From Candidatus Latescibacterota bacterium (lineage in GTDB: Bacteria; Latescibacterota; UBA2968; GCA-2709665), in the NCBI GenBank assembly GCA_965205485.1, contig OZ242180.1, positions 4,992,001-5,056,000 of the forward strand: a DNA stretch of 64,000 bases, read 5' to 3'. The notes below the pieces were generated by a model, which saw nothing but the letters and a program-made list of their open reading frames with translations, made no database searches and had not been told where the DNA came from. Positions within the stretch are counted from its first letter, which is position 1, and the number at the start of each line of letters is the position of its first letter. Positions 1 through 8,939 of this stretch are shown here, piece after piece. The position numbers and the translations under genes are program-made.

Positions 1-1
1 C

Positions 2-58
2 TACATAACCGGCACGTCGCTGCAGGTGGACGGGGGATTTGTCAGGTCGCTTTTGTAA
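2..58 (+). CDS. 3' end of a short-chain dehydrogenase/reductase (partial, window edge)
   Basis: Translates YITGTSLQVDGGFVRSLL*, the typical SDR C-terminal ITG..L.VDGG motif. Confidence 0.8.
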   Translation, partial: YITGTSLQVDGGFVRSLL

Positions 59-97
59 CCGGATGCCTCGTGAAGTCCACGGCCGGTTCCAGTCTGT

Positions 98-1282
98 CTA
101 AGGCAGTGCCGTCAGAAACCTGGACGCCGGCAGGACACGGACGCCTGTATTGCGGTCCAGGTAATCGACTGTGTCAGACAGTGCGACGACGTATCTCTGT
201 TTGACGTTCAGGAGATCCGCAAAACGAACGAGATGCGCGTGGCTTCGGGGTGCGGTCAGCTTGCACTCAACCAGGAACCACGGTTTGTCATTCCACAGAA
301 CCACAAAGTCCACTTCACGTTTTTCACGGTCTCGCAATAGACGCAGTTCAGCCTTTATCCCTTCGGCATCCCAAAGGAAATGGCAGAATTTAAGGAGATG
401 GGAGGCGACGAGATTCTCGAATCGGGCGCCTTCATCGGCAACCTCGGACCAGTCCCACAGATAATATTTGGCCGCTTTTTTCACCGCCCGTTCGATGCGA
501 CGGTGATATGGAGCGACGGGAAAGGTATAGTAGTTCCGGCACAGCAGGTCCACCCAGGTCCGAACCGTGTGCGGGCTGACTTCCAGGTCTTCGGAAATTG
601 CATTCAACGAGAGCGGCGACCCGACGCGTTTCGGCATCATCGCACCCAGAAGTTCGATATGGGACAGCGACCTGACGACGGTCGTGTCCCGTATGTCTTC
701 CCTGAAGACCCGTTCGAACCGTTCCTGAAGCCAGCGGCGGTGTGTCCGCGACCGTCCCGAGAGACACGGCTCGGGGAAACCGCCGTATGCCATTAGATGA
801 CGGACGGTGTCTGAAGGGGCTTTCCCGAATGTCAATTCGAAAGGTTCAGCCGGGTCGCTTTTTTTCCGACCGCCTTCAAGTTCGGAAGCGGTAAACGGGT
901 GGAGCCGGTACAGGTGGTATCGTCCAAGGAGTGAGTCGCCGCCTCGACGGTATGTGTCCAGCCTGGAACTTCCGGTTACGATGATCCGTTCGTTGTTCCG
1001 TCTCGTGTCCCAGATGCCCTTGATGAGTCCTTTCCAGCGATCGAACTTGTGAAGTTCGTCGAAGACGAGAATCTGACTGTCGGGGTCCCATTCCTGCCGG
1101 AGAATCCGTTCCCGATGGGTTCGATTATCCCAGTTCAGATATACACTGCTTGAATAGCGCCTCGCCAGCAGCGTAGCGAGCGTTGTCTTTCCCACCTGGC
1201 GTGGCCCGGCGACGGAGACCATCCTGTTGTCCAGATCGCCGTCCACAGCGGTCTCGAGGTACCTGGATCTCAGTTCAGCCAT
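98..1282 (-). CDS. AAA+ ATPase, AAA_14 + DUF4143 (COG1373) family
   Basis: Walker A GPRQVGKTT, Walker B LVFDE, TGSS, GGFPEP, C-terminal EVDFV...LVECK nuclease-like motif; ATG at 1282 preferred over GTG at 1297. Confidence 0.9.
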   Translation of the reverse strand: MAELRSRYLETAVDGDLDNRMVSVAGPRQVGKTTLATLLARRYSSSVYLNWDNRTHRERILRQEWDPDSQILVFDELHKFDRWKGLIKGIWDTRRNNERIIVTGSSRLDTYRRGGDSLLGRYHLYRLHPFTASELEGGRKKSDPAEPFELTFGKAPSDTVRHLMAYGGFPEPCLSGRSRTHRRWLQERFERVFREDIRDTTVVRSLSHIELLGAMMPKRVGSPLSLNAISEDLEVSPHTVRTWVDLLCRNYYTFPVAPYHRRIERAVKKAAKYYLWDWSEVADEGARFENLVASHLLKFCHFLWDAEGIKAELRLLRDREKREVDFVVLWNDKPWFLVECKLTAPRSHAHLVRFADLLNVKQRYVVALSDTVDYLDRNTGVRVLPASRFLTALP

Positions 1283-1284
1283 AT

Positions 1285-1346
1285 GACAAATTTGCACTAA
1301 GCTGCAAAAAAGTCAAGACAATTTTGCAATTGACTGCAAAATTGTC
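1285..1346. promoter_or_regulatory. Two tandem 30-bp palindromes (operator candidates) overlapping the ATPase promoter
   Basis: GACAAATTTGCA-N6-TGCAAAAAAGTC (1285-1314) and perfect GACAATTTTGCA-N6-TGCAAAATTGTC (1317-1346); each overlaps a minus-strand TTGAC hexamer. Confidence 0.7.
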
Positions 1347-1494
1347 AATACACTGAATCACGCCTTTGCGCGGCACAAATTGTCAGTTTACGCCGGCCGT
1401 CAATGGGTTTTGTCTGGCGGGTAATGGTCCCTTTGTTACGCCGGAGTCGAAGGTTCGTCGACCGTCGCGCAAACTGACAGTTTGCGGCATCGAT

Positions 1495-4400
1495 TCAGTC
1501 GTCCCCCGTTTCCGGCGCGACGTCCCGCCGGTCGGCCGGCTGACGGCGGAACAGAGCGGACACGGCGTGCCTGATGTCTTCCAGGATGGCATAGGTGACG
1601 GGAACGAGAATCAGGATGACGGCGGTTCCGAAGATGACGCCGAATCCCAGAGAGGTCGCCATGGGGATGAGCAGTTGCGCCTGCAGGCTCCTTTCGAAAA
1701 GCAACGGGGTCAGGCCGGCAAACGTCGTGAGGGACGTCAGAAGGATGGGCCGGAAACGCGCCATTCCGGACTCCCGAATGGCCTCCTGCAGGCCCTTGCC
1801 CTCCTTGCGCCGGCGGTTGATGAAGTCCACCATCACCAGGCTGTCGTTAATGACCACGCCGGATAGCGCGACCAGCCCGAAGACCGACAGAATGGTGAGG
1901 TTGAGGCCCATGATGATATGCCCCAGCACGGCGCCGACGAATCCGAAGGGGATCACGGCCATGATGATGAGCGGCTGAAGGTAGGAGCGGAAGGGAATCG
2001 CGAGCAGGCCGAAGATCACGAAGAGGGCCATGCCGAAGCTCCGCGACAGGCCCTCCATGGTCTCCTGCTGCTCCCTCTGTTCTCCCTCGAGGCTGAACCG
2101 GACGCGCGGGTGGTCGGAAACGATCGCCGGCAGGACGTTTGCGGTGACGTCCGCGAGGATTTCGTTGGCGTTGGCTCTGCCCTCATCCACGTCCGCGGTG
2201 ACGCTGACGATGCGCTGTCGGTCGGTGCGGCGGATGGCGGCGTACCCCCGCCCCGGTTCCGTCCGCGCGGCGACCGAAAAGGGCACTTCCACGCCTTCCG
2301 GGGTGCGCAATCGCATGGTCTCGAGGTTGTTCATCGACCGTCGTTCGCTTTCGGGATAGCGGACCATCACCCGAACGTCGTCCCTTCCTCTCTGGATACG
2401 CTGCGCTTCCTCGCCATAGAACGCCTGCCTGACCTGACGCGCCAGGTCGGACATGGTCAGGCCGAGCAGGCGCGCTTCTTCGGTGAGCGCAAGTTTCACT
2501 TCCTTCTTGCCGGGCCGAAACGAGTCGGCGATGTCCAGGACACCCGGGTACTCGGCAAGCCTGGTCTTGAGTTTTTCCGCGGCGGCGCGGAGTTCGGCGT
2601 AGTCCGGACCGGTAAGCTGGATGTTGATCGGTTCGCCCACGGAAAAGAGCGACGAGGCGAAAGTGAGTTCCGTTGCATCGGGAATCGGGCCGGCAAGCTC
2701 ACGCCAGCGTCTGGCGATTTCGATGCTGCTGATGCTCCGCTCCTCGGCCGGCGTGAGCTCGATGTTGACTTCACCGAGATGCGCGCCGGAATAGGAGGCG
2801 TTGCGTCCGCGGTTCTCACGCTGAGCCGCGCGCAGGGGCTGGTCCCCCACCAGTGCGAGCATATGCGTGAAGACTTTCTCGTCTGTTTCCGATTCCAGTT
2901 CCCGCTGTAACCGGATCGCGGACGACTCCAGCCGCCGCACGACCCGGGCGGTGACCTCGGCGGGCGTGCCCTGGGGCATGGTCAGGATCGCCGCCACGTT
3001 GTCCGCCGGGACCTGGGGAAGAAACACGAAGCCGATCCAGCCTCCGAGGATGAGCCCGGCCGTAAGGGTCAGCGCGGCCACCCCCACGGACGCGCTCAGG
3101 TACCTCCACGCCAGGCATTTATCCAGAAACGGACGGTAGAACTCGTGAATAATCCAATCAAGGCGGGATGAAAACCCGTCTCGAAACCGACGCAGCAGTC
3201 CGCCGATGCGGCTGGTCGTCTTCTTTCTCCCGCGCAGTTTGGCGTGCGCCAGGTGCGCGGGCAGAATGAACAGGGATTCAACGAGCGAAAAAACCAGCGT
3301 CAGAATGACGATCTCCGGGATCAGCCTCATGATCTTGCCGGAGGTGCCGGGGACCATCAGCAGGGGCGAAAACGCGGCGATTGACGTGAGTATCGCAAAG
3401 GTGACCGGCACGGCCACTTCCTGGGCGCCCGCGATGGCGCCGCGCAGGCCGCGCTCACCCTGCTGGAACCTCCTGTAGATGTTTTCACCGACGACAATGG
3501 CGTCGTCGACGACGATACCGAGTACCACGATGAACGCAAAAAGCGAGATCAGGTTGATGGAGGCGCCGATGGTCGGCATCATCGCGATCGCGCCGAGAAA
3601 GGAGATGGGGATGCCCAGGGCGATCCAGAAGGCCAGGCGGAGCCTGAGGAACAACGCCAGGATGACGAGGACGAGGATGAAACCCCCGCGTCCGTTCTTC
3701 AGCATCAGGTTGAGCCGGCCCTCGAGGATCCTGGAGAAATCCGAGTAGACGGTAAGTGAAATGCCTTCGGGCATGCGGGATTCCGCCGACTCGATGTACT
3801 CCTTGACTTTACGGGAGATGTCCAGCGCGTCCTGTTCACCCACACGGAAGACCTGCACCAGAACGCCCGGTTCCTGGTCGAACCTGCCCGAAATGTCCGC
3901 GTCGGCGAATCCGTCCACGACCGTGGCCACGTCCCCTACGGTGAGCGCGGCGCCGTCCGGCCGCGTGCGCAAGACGATGCTCTCGAAGGCCGCGCCACGG
4001 TAGGCCTGCCCCTTTGTCCGCAGCAGAATTTCGCCGCCCTCCGTCTTGATGGCCCCTCCGGGCAGGTCGAGCGAGGACCGGCGCACCGCCCTGACGACTT
4101 CGTCGAAAGTGAGGTTGAAGCGCCGGAGCGCCGCTTCCGAGACTTCAATGGAGACCTCGTACGGACGCGCGCCGCTCAGTTCCGCCTGGGTGATCCCCGG
4201 GATGGCGGTGATCTCGTCCCGGACCTGTTCGCCCAGGTACTTCAGGGTGGTCTCGTCGGCGTCGCCCGATACGGCCACGTTGATCACCTGGCGGCGCAGG
4301 ACCACTTCCTGGATGACCGGTTGTTCGGTTTCGTCCGGGAACGTGTCAATTGCATCGACGGCTGACTTGACGTCCTCCAGGACTCTGCGCGCATCGGTGC

Positions 4401-4695
4401 CGGGTACAAGCTCGATATTCACGCTGCCCCGGTTTTCCGATGCCGTCGAACGGATGCGCTTGATGCCTTCGATACTCTGAACGGCCTCTTCGATCCGCAC
4501 GCATACGCCCTCTTCCACCTCCTCGGGCGCCGCCCCCCGGTAAATGACGGAGACCGAGACGACGTCAGCGGAAAACTCCGGAAAGATCTCAAGCTCGATG
4601 CCGCCGATGGTAATCAGCCCGCTGGCCAGGATGACGACCATGAGCAGATTGGCAGCAACGCTGTTTTCGGCGAACCAGGCGATTGCGCGATTCAT
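1495..4695 (-). CDS. RND efflux permease (AcrB/AcrD/AcrF family)
   Basis: 1066 aa; GIVVDDAIVVGENI and RFRPILLTSLTT motifs; two large periplasmic loops. Confidence 0.95.
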   Translation of the reverse strand: MNRAIAWFAENSVAANLLMVVILASGLITIGGIELEIFPEFSADVVSVSVIYRGAAPEEVEEGVCVRIEEAVQSIEGIKRIRSTASENRGSVNIELVPGTDARRVLEDVKSAVDAIDTFPDETEQPVIQEVVLRRQVINVAVSGDADETTLKYLGEQVRDEITAIPGITQAELSGARPYEVSIEVSEAALRRFNLTFDEVVRAVRRSSLDLPGGAIKTEGGEILLRTKGQAYRGAAFESIVLRTRPDGAALTVGDVATVVDGFADADISGRFDQEPGVLVQVFRVGEQDALDISRKVKEYIESAESRMPEGISLTVYSDFSRILEGRLNLMLKNGRGGFILVLVILALFLRLRLAFWIALGIPISFLGAIAMMPTIGASINLISLFAFIVVLGIVVDDAIVVGENIYRRFQQGERGLRGAIAGAQEVAVPVTFAILTSIAAFSPLLMVPGTSGKIMRLIPEIVILTLVFSLVESLFILPAHLAHAKLRGRKKTTSRIGGLLRRFRDGFSSRLDWIIHEFYRPFLDKCLAWRYLSASVGVAALTLTAGLILGGWIGFVFLPQVPADNVAAILTMPQGTPAEVTARVVRRLESSAIRLQRELESETDEKVFTHMLALVGDQPLRAAQRENRGRNASYSGAHLGEVNIELTPAEERSISSIEIARRWRELAGPIPDATELTFASSLFSVGEPINIQLTGPDYAELRAAAEKLKTRLAEYPGVLDIADSFRPGKKEVKLALTEEARLLGLTMSDLARQVRQAFYGEEAQRIQRGRDDVRVMVRYPESERRSMNNLETMRLRTPEGVEVPFSVAARTEPGRGYAAIRRTDRQRIVSVTADVDEGRANANEILADVTANVLPAIVSDHPRVRFSLEGEQREQQETMEGLSRSFGMALFVIFGLLAIPFRSYLQPLIIMAVIPFGFVGAVLGHIIMGLNLTILSVFGLVALSGVVINDSLVMVDFINRRRKEGKGLQEAIRESGMARFRPILLTSLTTFAGLTPLLFERSLQAQLLIPMATSLGFGVIFGTAVILILVPVTYAILEDIRHAVSALFRRQPADRRDVAPETGDD

Positions 4696-5951
4696 CCGGC
4701 GCCTCCTTCAGACCGCGACGGTGACGTCTCTTCCGGTTCGAGGATGCGTACCTGCATGCCCTCCACGACGGCGTCCAGCGTGGATATGCAGACCCGCTCA
4801 CCTCCGTCGAGGCCGGAACGGATAAGGGCGTTCTCTGCTTCGAGCCTCAACAGATCGACGCCGCGAAAGCGCAGCCGGCTGTCCTCGTCGATGACGAGAA
4901 CCTGGTCGGCGCCCCTGAGGGCAGTTCGGGGTACGACTGCGACGTCCATCGCGACGCGTCCGAGGATTTCAACCTCCACAAACAGCCCGGCGAAGAGGGG
5001 CGCGCGGCCCGGGTCGTCACCCTTATCGTACGGCGCGACGACGCGGGCGACCAGATTGACCATCCGCGTGCGGGCGTCAATCTCCCCTTCAATACGAACG
5101 ATTTCTCCCTCCCACGTGTGCGGGGCCCCGGCGAAGACCGCATGGACCAGCGCTTTCGGGCGGGAGGCGGGATCGAGTTCGCTGCGGGCGTTATAGACCA
5201 GGTTCAGATAGGCGAGTTGCTCGTGCGGCACGGGCAGGCGGATCTCGGCGTAGTCCACGGCGTAGATGCGGGCGACGGGCGCGCCGGGATTGACGTATTG
5301 TCCCAGGTCCACGATCTTGGACAGCACCCGGCCTTCGTACGGCGCTTTGATGCGGGTCCGGTCGAGCGCGAGCCGGGCCTGTTCCTGGGATGCCCGCGCG
5401 GCCTGCAGGGCGGCCCGGGCGTCTTCCAGCTGGGGTTTCCTGAGCGCCAGGTCCGTGGCTTCGCCGTTGCCCAGGCGCTGCCATTCCTGCCGGGCGAGTT
5501 CGGCTTCTTCCTCCTCACGCGCCAGCCGCACCCTGGCCTGCGCGACCACCGCTCTTGCGCGGTCGACCGCGAGTTCATAGTCGCGCGGGTCGACGGCGAG
5601 CAGGACGTCACCGGCCTTGAAGAAGCCGCCGTTCGCAAAAGCCGGAGAGACGGTGATGATCTGGCCGGCGACCTGTGAAACAAGGCTGGTCTTCGTACGC
5701 GGCGCAACCGTGCCCTGTGCGTTAACCGTCAGCTGGACATTCCTGATTTCGACCGGCATCGCCCGTACCAGCGGAGGCGGTACTTTCGGCGGCGCCACCA
5801 CGACTTCGGACCTTGCGCTGATGAGGACGTACGCGCAAAGCATCCCGAATGCAACCACCGCAACGGGGAGCAACGCCTTCGGATGCCGCCGAATCCAGCC
5901 GGGCGTGCGCGCTTTGTCCGGATTCCTGCTCTTCAACGGTCTGATGCTCAT
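4692..5951 (-). CDS. RND periplasmic adaptor (membrane fusion protein)
   Basis: N-terminal TM, lipoyl halves (VAGQI...GDVL; IKAPYEG), coiled hairpin; 4-bp overlap with the permease start. Confidence 0.93.
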   Translation of the reverse strand: MSIRPLKSRNPDKARTPGWIRRHPKALLPVAVVAFGMLCAYVLISARSEVVVAPPKVPPPLVRAMPVEIRNVQLTVNAQGTVAPRTKTSLVSQVAGQIITVSPAFANGGFFKAGDVLLAVDPRDYELAVDRARAVVAQARVRLAREEEEAELARQEWQRLGNGEATDLALRKPQLEDARAALQAARASQEQARLALDRTRIKAPYEGRVLSKIVDLGQYVNPGAPVARIYAVDYAEIRLPVPHEQLAYLNLVYNARSELDPASRPKALVHAVFAGAPHTWEGEIVRIEGEIDARTRMVNLVARVVAPYDKGDDPGRAPLFAGLFVEVEILGRVAMDVAVVPRTALRGADQVLVIDEDSRLRFRGVDLLRLEAENALIRSGLDGGERVCISTLDAVVEGMQVRILEPEETSPSRSEGGAG

Positions 5952-5954
5952 ATT

Positions 5955-7397
5955 CTACAGTCCTTCCTTTTGCGTTACAGATATTGTCGCGGCCGCTCTG
6001 GGAGGGCCCGGGAAACCCCCGCCCAGGGCGAGGTGCAGGTTGACCCGGTTCTCCAGGCGCTGCCGACGCACCGAGATGAGCTGGCTTTCGGAGGCGTAAG
6101 CCCCGCGCTGGGCGTCCAGCATCGTGTTCAGGTCAACCAACCCGCCCGCGTACCTGTCCTCTGCCAGGCGGCGCGCGGCGAGGGCCTGTTGGGTTGCGGT
6201 TTCAAGCGCCGCCTGTCGTCTGGCCAGAAGGCTTTCCGCCGCCAGCGCGGTCTCGACTTCGGCATAGGCCGACAGGACGCTTTGAACGTATGCGGAGACG
6301 GCCTGTTCGGATTGTGAAGCGGCCAACTGGATGCTCCCGCGAATCCGTCCGCCCTGAAAGAGCGGTTGCAGGATATTGCCGGCCAGGTTCCACACGCTGA
6401 AGTCGCCGTCGAGAAGATCTTTAAGGTCTCTGGTGCTGGTGCCCGCGGATCCCGTTAGGCTGATGCGGGGATACAGCGCTCGCCTGGCCTCCTTGTATCG
6501 GGCGTAGGACGCCGCCAGCCTGCGTTCCGCCGCCATCAGGTCCGGCCTGCGGGACACCAGGTTGGCGGGAAGGCCGGCGGGTATTGCTTCCGGAAGTTTA
6601 GGAAGAGTCCTGCCGGGGGTGAGCGCGGCGGCGGGATACCGGCCCAGAAGGACTTCGAGTTGGCGCCGGGTGGCGTCCAGAATGAGCAGGCGCTGCTGAA
6701 GGACGGCCTCGGCGCCCGCCAGGTCCGAAAGCGCGCGGCGCAGATCGAGTGCGTGTCTCAAACCCCTCCTGTATCGTTCCCGTACGACTTCGCTTGACGT
6801 TCTGAAGTTCCTTACCGTGGCTTCCGAAAGTTCGACCTGCCTGCGCGCTTCCACGGCGGCGAACCAGGTCTTGGCGGTCTGTCCCGCCAGCGAGAGCCGC
6901 GCGCCCCTGTGATCCGCTCGCGCGGCCTGGGCGTCGGCCAGAGCAGCGGACGCGCCGGCGCCCAGACGGTTCCAGAGATCGAGTTCCCAGGACACGTCCA
7001 GGGAGAGTCCGAAGCTGCTTGACGTTGACGTCAGAACGCCGTTCCCGGAACCGGGGATGGGCAGGCCTATGAAATTCTGTTTGCGGCGGGACCCGCTCAC
7101 TCGGCCTCCGGCATCGGGATACAGAGGGGCGCCGGCGATTTTCGCCCGTGCCGCGGCCGCGCGTACCCTGGCGGCGGAGGCGTGCAGGTTGTGGTTTCTC
7201 GCCAGCGCTTCGGCAACCAGGCCGGTCAGCGTCTCGTCATCGAAGGAACGCCACCAGAGCGTGTCCGCGGGCGTGGCGCCGGCTTTACCTGCCGCCCAGC
7301 GTTCCGGAATGGTGACGTCGACGTCCGGTGGGTTCACCTGCGGGGCCGCGGCGCAGGCCGCAAGCAGCAGGGAGAGAATGGAAAGAACCGGTCTCAA
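5955..7397 (-). CDS. Outer-membrane efflux lipoprotein (TolC/NodT/OprM family)
   Basis: Lipobox LLAAC, WWRSFDD, SWELDLW, RRPDL, LALGGG; TTG start at 7397 overlaps the TetR stop, with GGAGA RBS. Confidence 0.92.
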   Translation of the reverse strand: MRPVLSILSLLLAACAAAPQVNPPDVDVTIPERWAAGKAGATPADTLWWRSFDDETLTGLVAEALARNHNLHASAARVRAAAARAKIAGAPLYPDAGGRVSGSRRKQNFIGLPIPGSGNGVLTSTSSSFGLSLDVSWELDLWNRLGAGASAALADAQAARADHRGARLSLAGQTAKTWFAAVEARRQVELSEATVRNFRTSSEVVRERYRRGLRHALDLRRALSDLAGAEAVLQQRLLILDATRRQLEVLLGRYPAAALTPGRTLPKLPEAIPAGLPANLVSRRPDLMAAERRLAASYARYKEARRALYPRISLTGSAGTSTRDLKDLLDGDFSVWNLAGNILQPLFQGGRIRGSIQLAASQSEQAVSAYVQSVLSAYAEVETALAAESLLARRQAALETATQQALAARRLAEDRYAGGLVDLNTMLDAQRGAYASESQLISVRRQRLENRVNLHLALGGGFPGPPRAAATISVTQKEGL

Positions 7398-8038
7398 GTT
7401 GGATCTCCGTTGGGAGCGGCGGCGCGAAGGCCGGCTGCGAGAAACGCGACGAGGCGCCTGATGTTGTTTTCGATGTCGGACGGATCGCACAGGCCGCCGG
7501 TCCGTCGCGGGATGATGTGTCTCCCCATCAGCGGCATGCTGATGCAGCCGACCATGAAGAAAAACCGCCAGAGCAGGTCGGTCGAGGACAGGTGGGGAAG
7601 ACTGCGGGCAAGGGCGGACGTAAAGCGCTGAAAGACTTCGGCGAACTGTTCGGTAATTCTGTACCCCAGGTCTCCAGGTTCGGAATAGAGCCTTCCGATG
7701 AGCAGCATGAAATTCTCGCCACCGCCCGCGGGGTCGTACGCAAGCCGCATCGCGGGCGCTACGAAGGCATTTACGATGCCTTCAATGGAGGGCGCGTCTC
7801 CGGCGGCCGATTCTTCGGCATCGAGAAGGCGGCACCGTTCCCGGTTCAGAGGTTCCAGCCTCCGGGCGAAAACCGCTTCGATAAGCGCTTCTTTGGAGCC
7901 GAAGTGGTAGTGTACGGAGGCCAGGTTTGCGGACGCCTCGGAAGTTATGGCGCGCAGGGACGTGGCCGCGATTCCGTGTTCGGCAAACAACTGCTCGGCA
8001 GCGTTGAGCAAGCGGTCGTGGGTGTCGGACGGGTTCAT
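7394..8038 (-). CDS. TetR/AcrR-family regulator, PsrA-like
   Basis: HTH LNAAEQLFAEHG..TSLRAIT...NLASVHYHFGSKEALIEAVF; first gene of the efflux operon. Confidence 0.92.
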   Translation of the reverse strand: MNPSDTHDRLLNAAEQLFAEHGIAATSLRAITSEASANLASVHYHFGSKEALIEAVFARRLEPLNRERCRLLDAEESAAGDAPSIEGIVNAFVAPAMRLAYDPAGGGENFMLLIGRLYSEPGDLGYRITEQFAEVFQRFTSALARSLPHLSSTDLLWRFFFMVGCISMPLMGRHIIPRRTGGLCDPSDIENNIRRLVAFLAAGLRAAAPNGDPT

Positions 8039-8069
8039 GAACTCACACGGCTGATGACCAATTTCAAAC

Positions 8070-8094
8070 AAACGTATGTTTTAAACGAACGTTT
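8070..8094. promoter_or_regulatory. Two AAAC-N4-GTTT boxes, probable TetR operator
   Basis: AAACGTATGTTT (8070-8081) and AAACGAACGTTT (8083-8094), about 30-55 nt upstream of tetR. Confidence 0.7.
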
Positions 8095-8242
8095 TAAAAA
8101 TACTGATCCATGTGACGCATGTCAAGTAGTTTCTTGTTCTCCGATGGTCATGGTGTCCCACACCTGACCGGAATCGTCGTATCCGGGGTATTTCACATAG
8201 GAACTGGGATCTTCTCCTCTTCCCGGCACGATCCACGAAGAT

Positions 8243-8367
8243 CCGGAGCGAGGGCATCCCTGCCCTCGAACTTCGTGTGACCCGTAAATTCACGCATCAC
8301 GGAAACCCGCCTCGACATCAGAACATCATCCATTCGTGTCCGGAGCGAGGGCATCCTGCCCTCGCTC
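8243..8367. repeat. Two copies of a REP-like palindromic repeat
   Basis: CCGGAGCGAGGGCATCC(C)TGCCCTCG at 8243-8268 and 8340-8364; the second folds as GAGCGAGGGCA-TCC-TGCCCTCGCTC. Confidence 0.75.
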
Positions 8368-8423
8368 TCGGGAACACCGACTGCGAAATGACCCTGACCT
8401 CGAGTGAACCCGGCATCGAGAAA

Positions 8424-8484
8424 ATATTAATTTTTTAATTGACAAAATTCGAATCTTCCGTATGTTTTATATTAAGGAATTAAT
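8424..8484 (+). promoter_or_regulatory. sigma70-type promoter of the blaI-like gene, bracketed by two ATATTAA-N4-TTAAT boxes
   Basis: TTGACA at 8439-8444, TATGTT at 8461; boxes at 8424-8439 and 8469-8484. Confidence 0.65.
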
Positions 8485-8552
8485 CGAAACCCGCCGGGCC
8501 GCGGCGGCACAAACCTTCAGGGCTTATTCTCATCCTCAAAGGAGTTCAGTAC

Positions 8553-8930
8553 ATGGCAAGGCCGAAGTCACCCACCCTTACGGAGGCCGAACTCAGGTTG
8601 ATGGACGTACTCTGGAAGAAGGAGGCAGCCACCGTGAGCGACGTTGTCGCCGCGCTGCCCGGTAACGAACCGCTGGCCTACAGTACGGTGTTGACAACGC
8701 TGAGAATTCTCGAGCGGAAAGGCTACGTGTCCCACGAAAAAGAGGGCAGGGCCTACGTCTACCAGCCGGTTGTCGGCCGCGAAGACGCCAGAAGAAGCGT
8801 GGTTCGCTACATGATGAGCCGGTTCTTCAACAATTCGCCCGAAGCGCTGATGCTGAACATCCTCGAGAACGAACCGGTGGACGGGGATGTCCTCGATCGT
8901 CTGAAACGAATGGTGGACGATAACAGTTAG
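8553..8930 (+). CDS. BlaI/MecI/CopY-family repressor
   Basis: LTEAELRLMDVLW, LAYSTVLTTLRILERKGYV, GRAYVY; AAGGAG RBS. Confidence 0.93.
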   Translation: MARPKSPTLTEAELRLMDVLWKKEAATVSDVVAALPGNEPLAYSTVLTTLRILERKGYVSHEKEGRAYVYQPVVGREDARRSVVRYMMSRFFNNSPEALMLNILENEPVDGDVLDRLKRMVDDNS

Positions 8931-8939
8931 GGACGTTTT

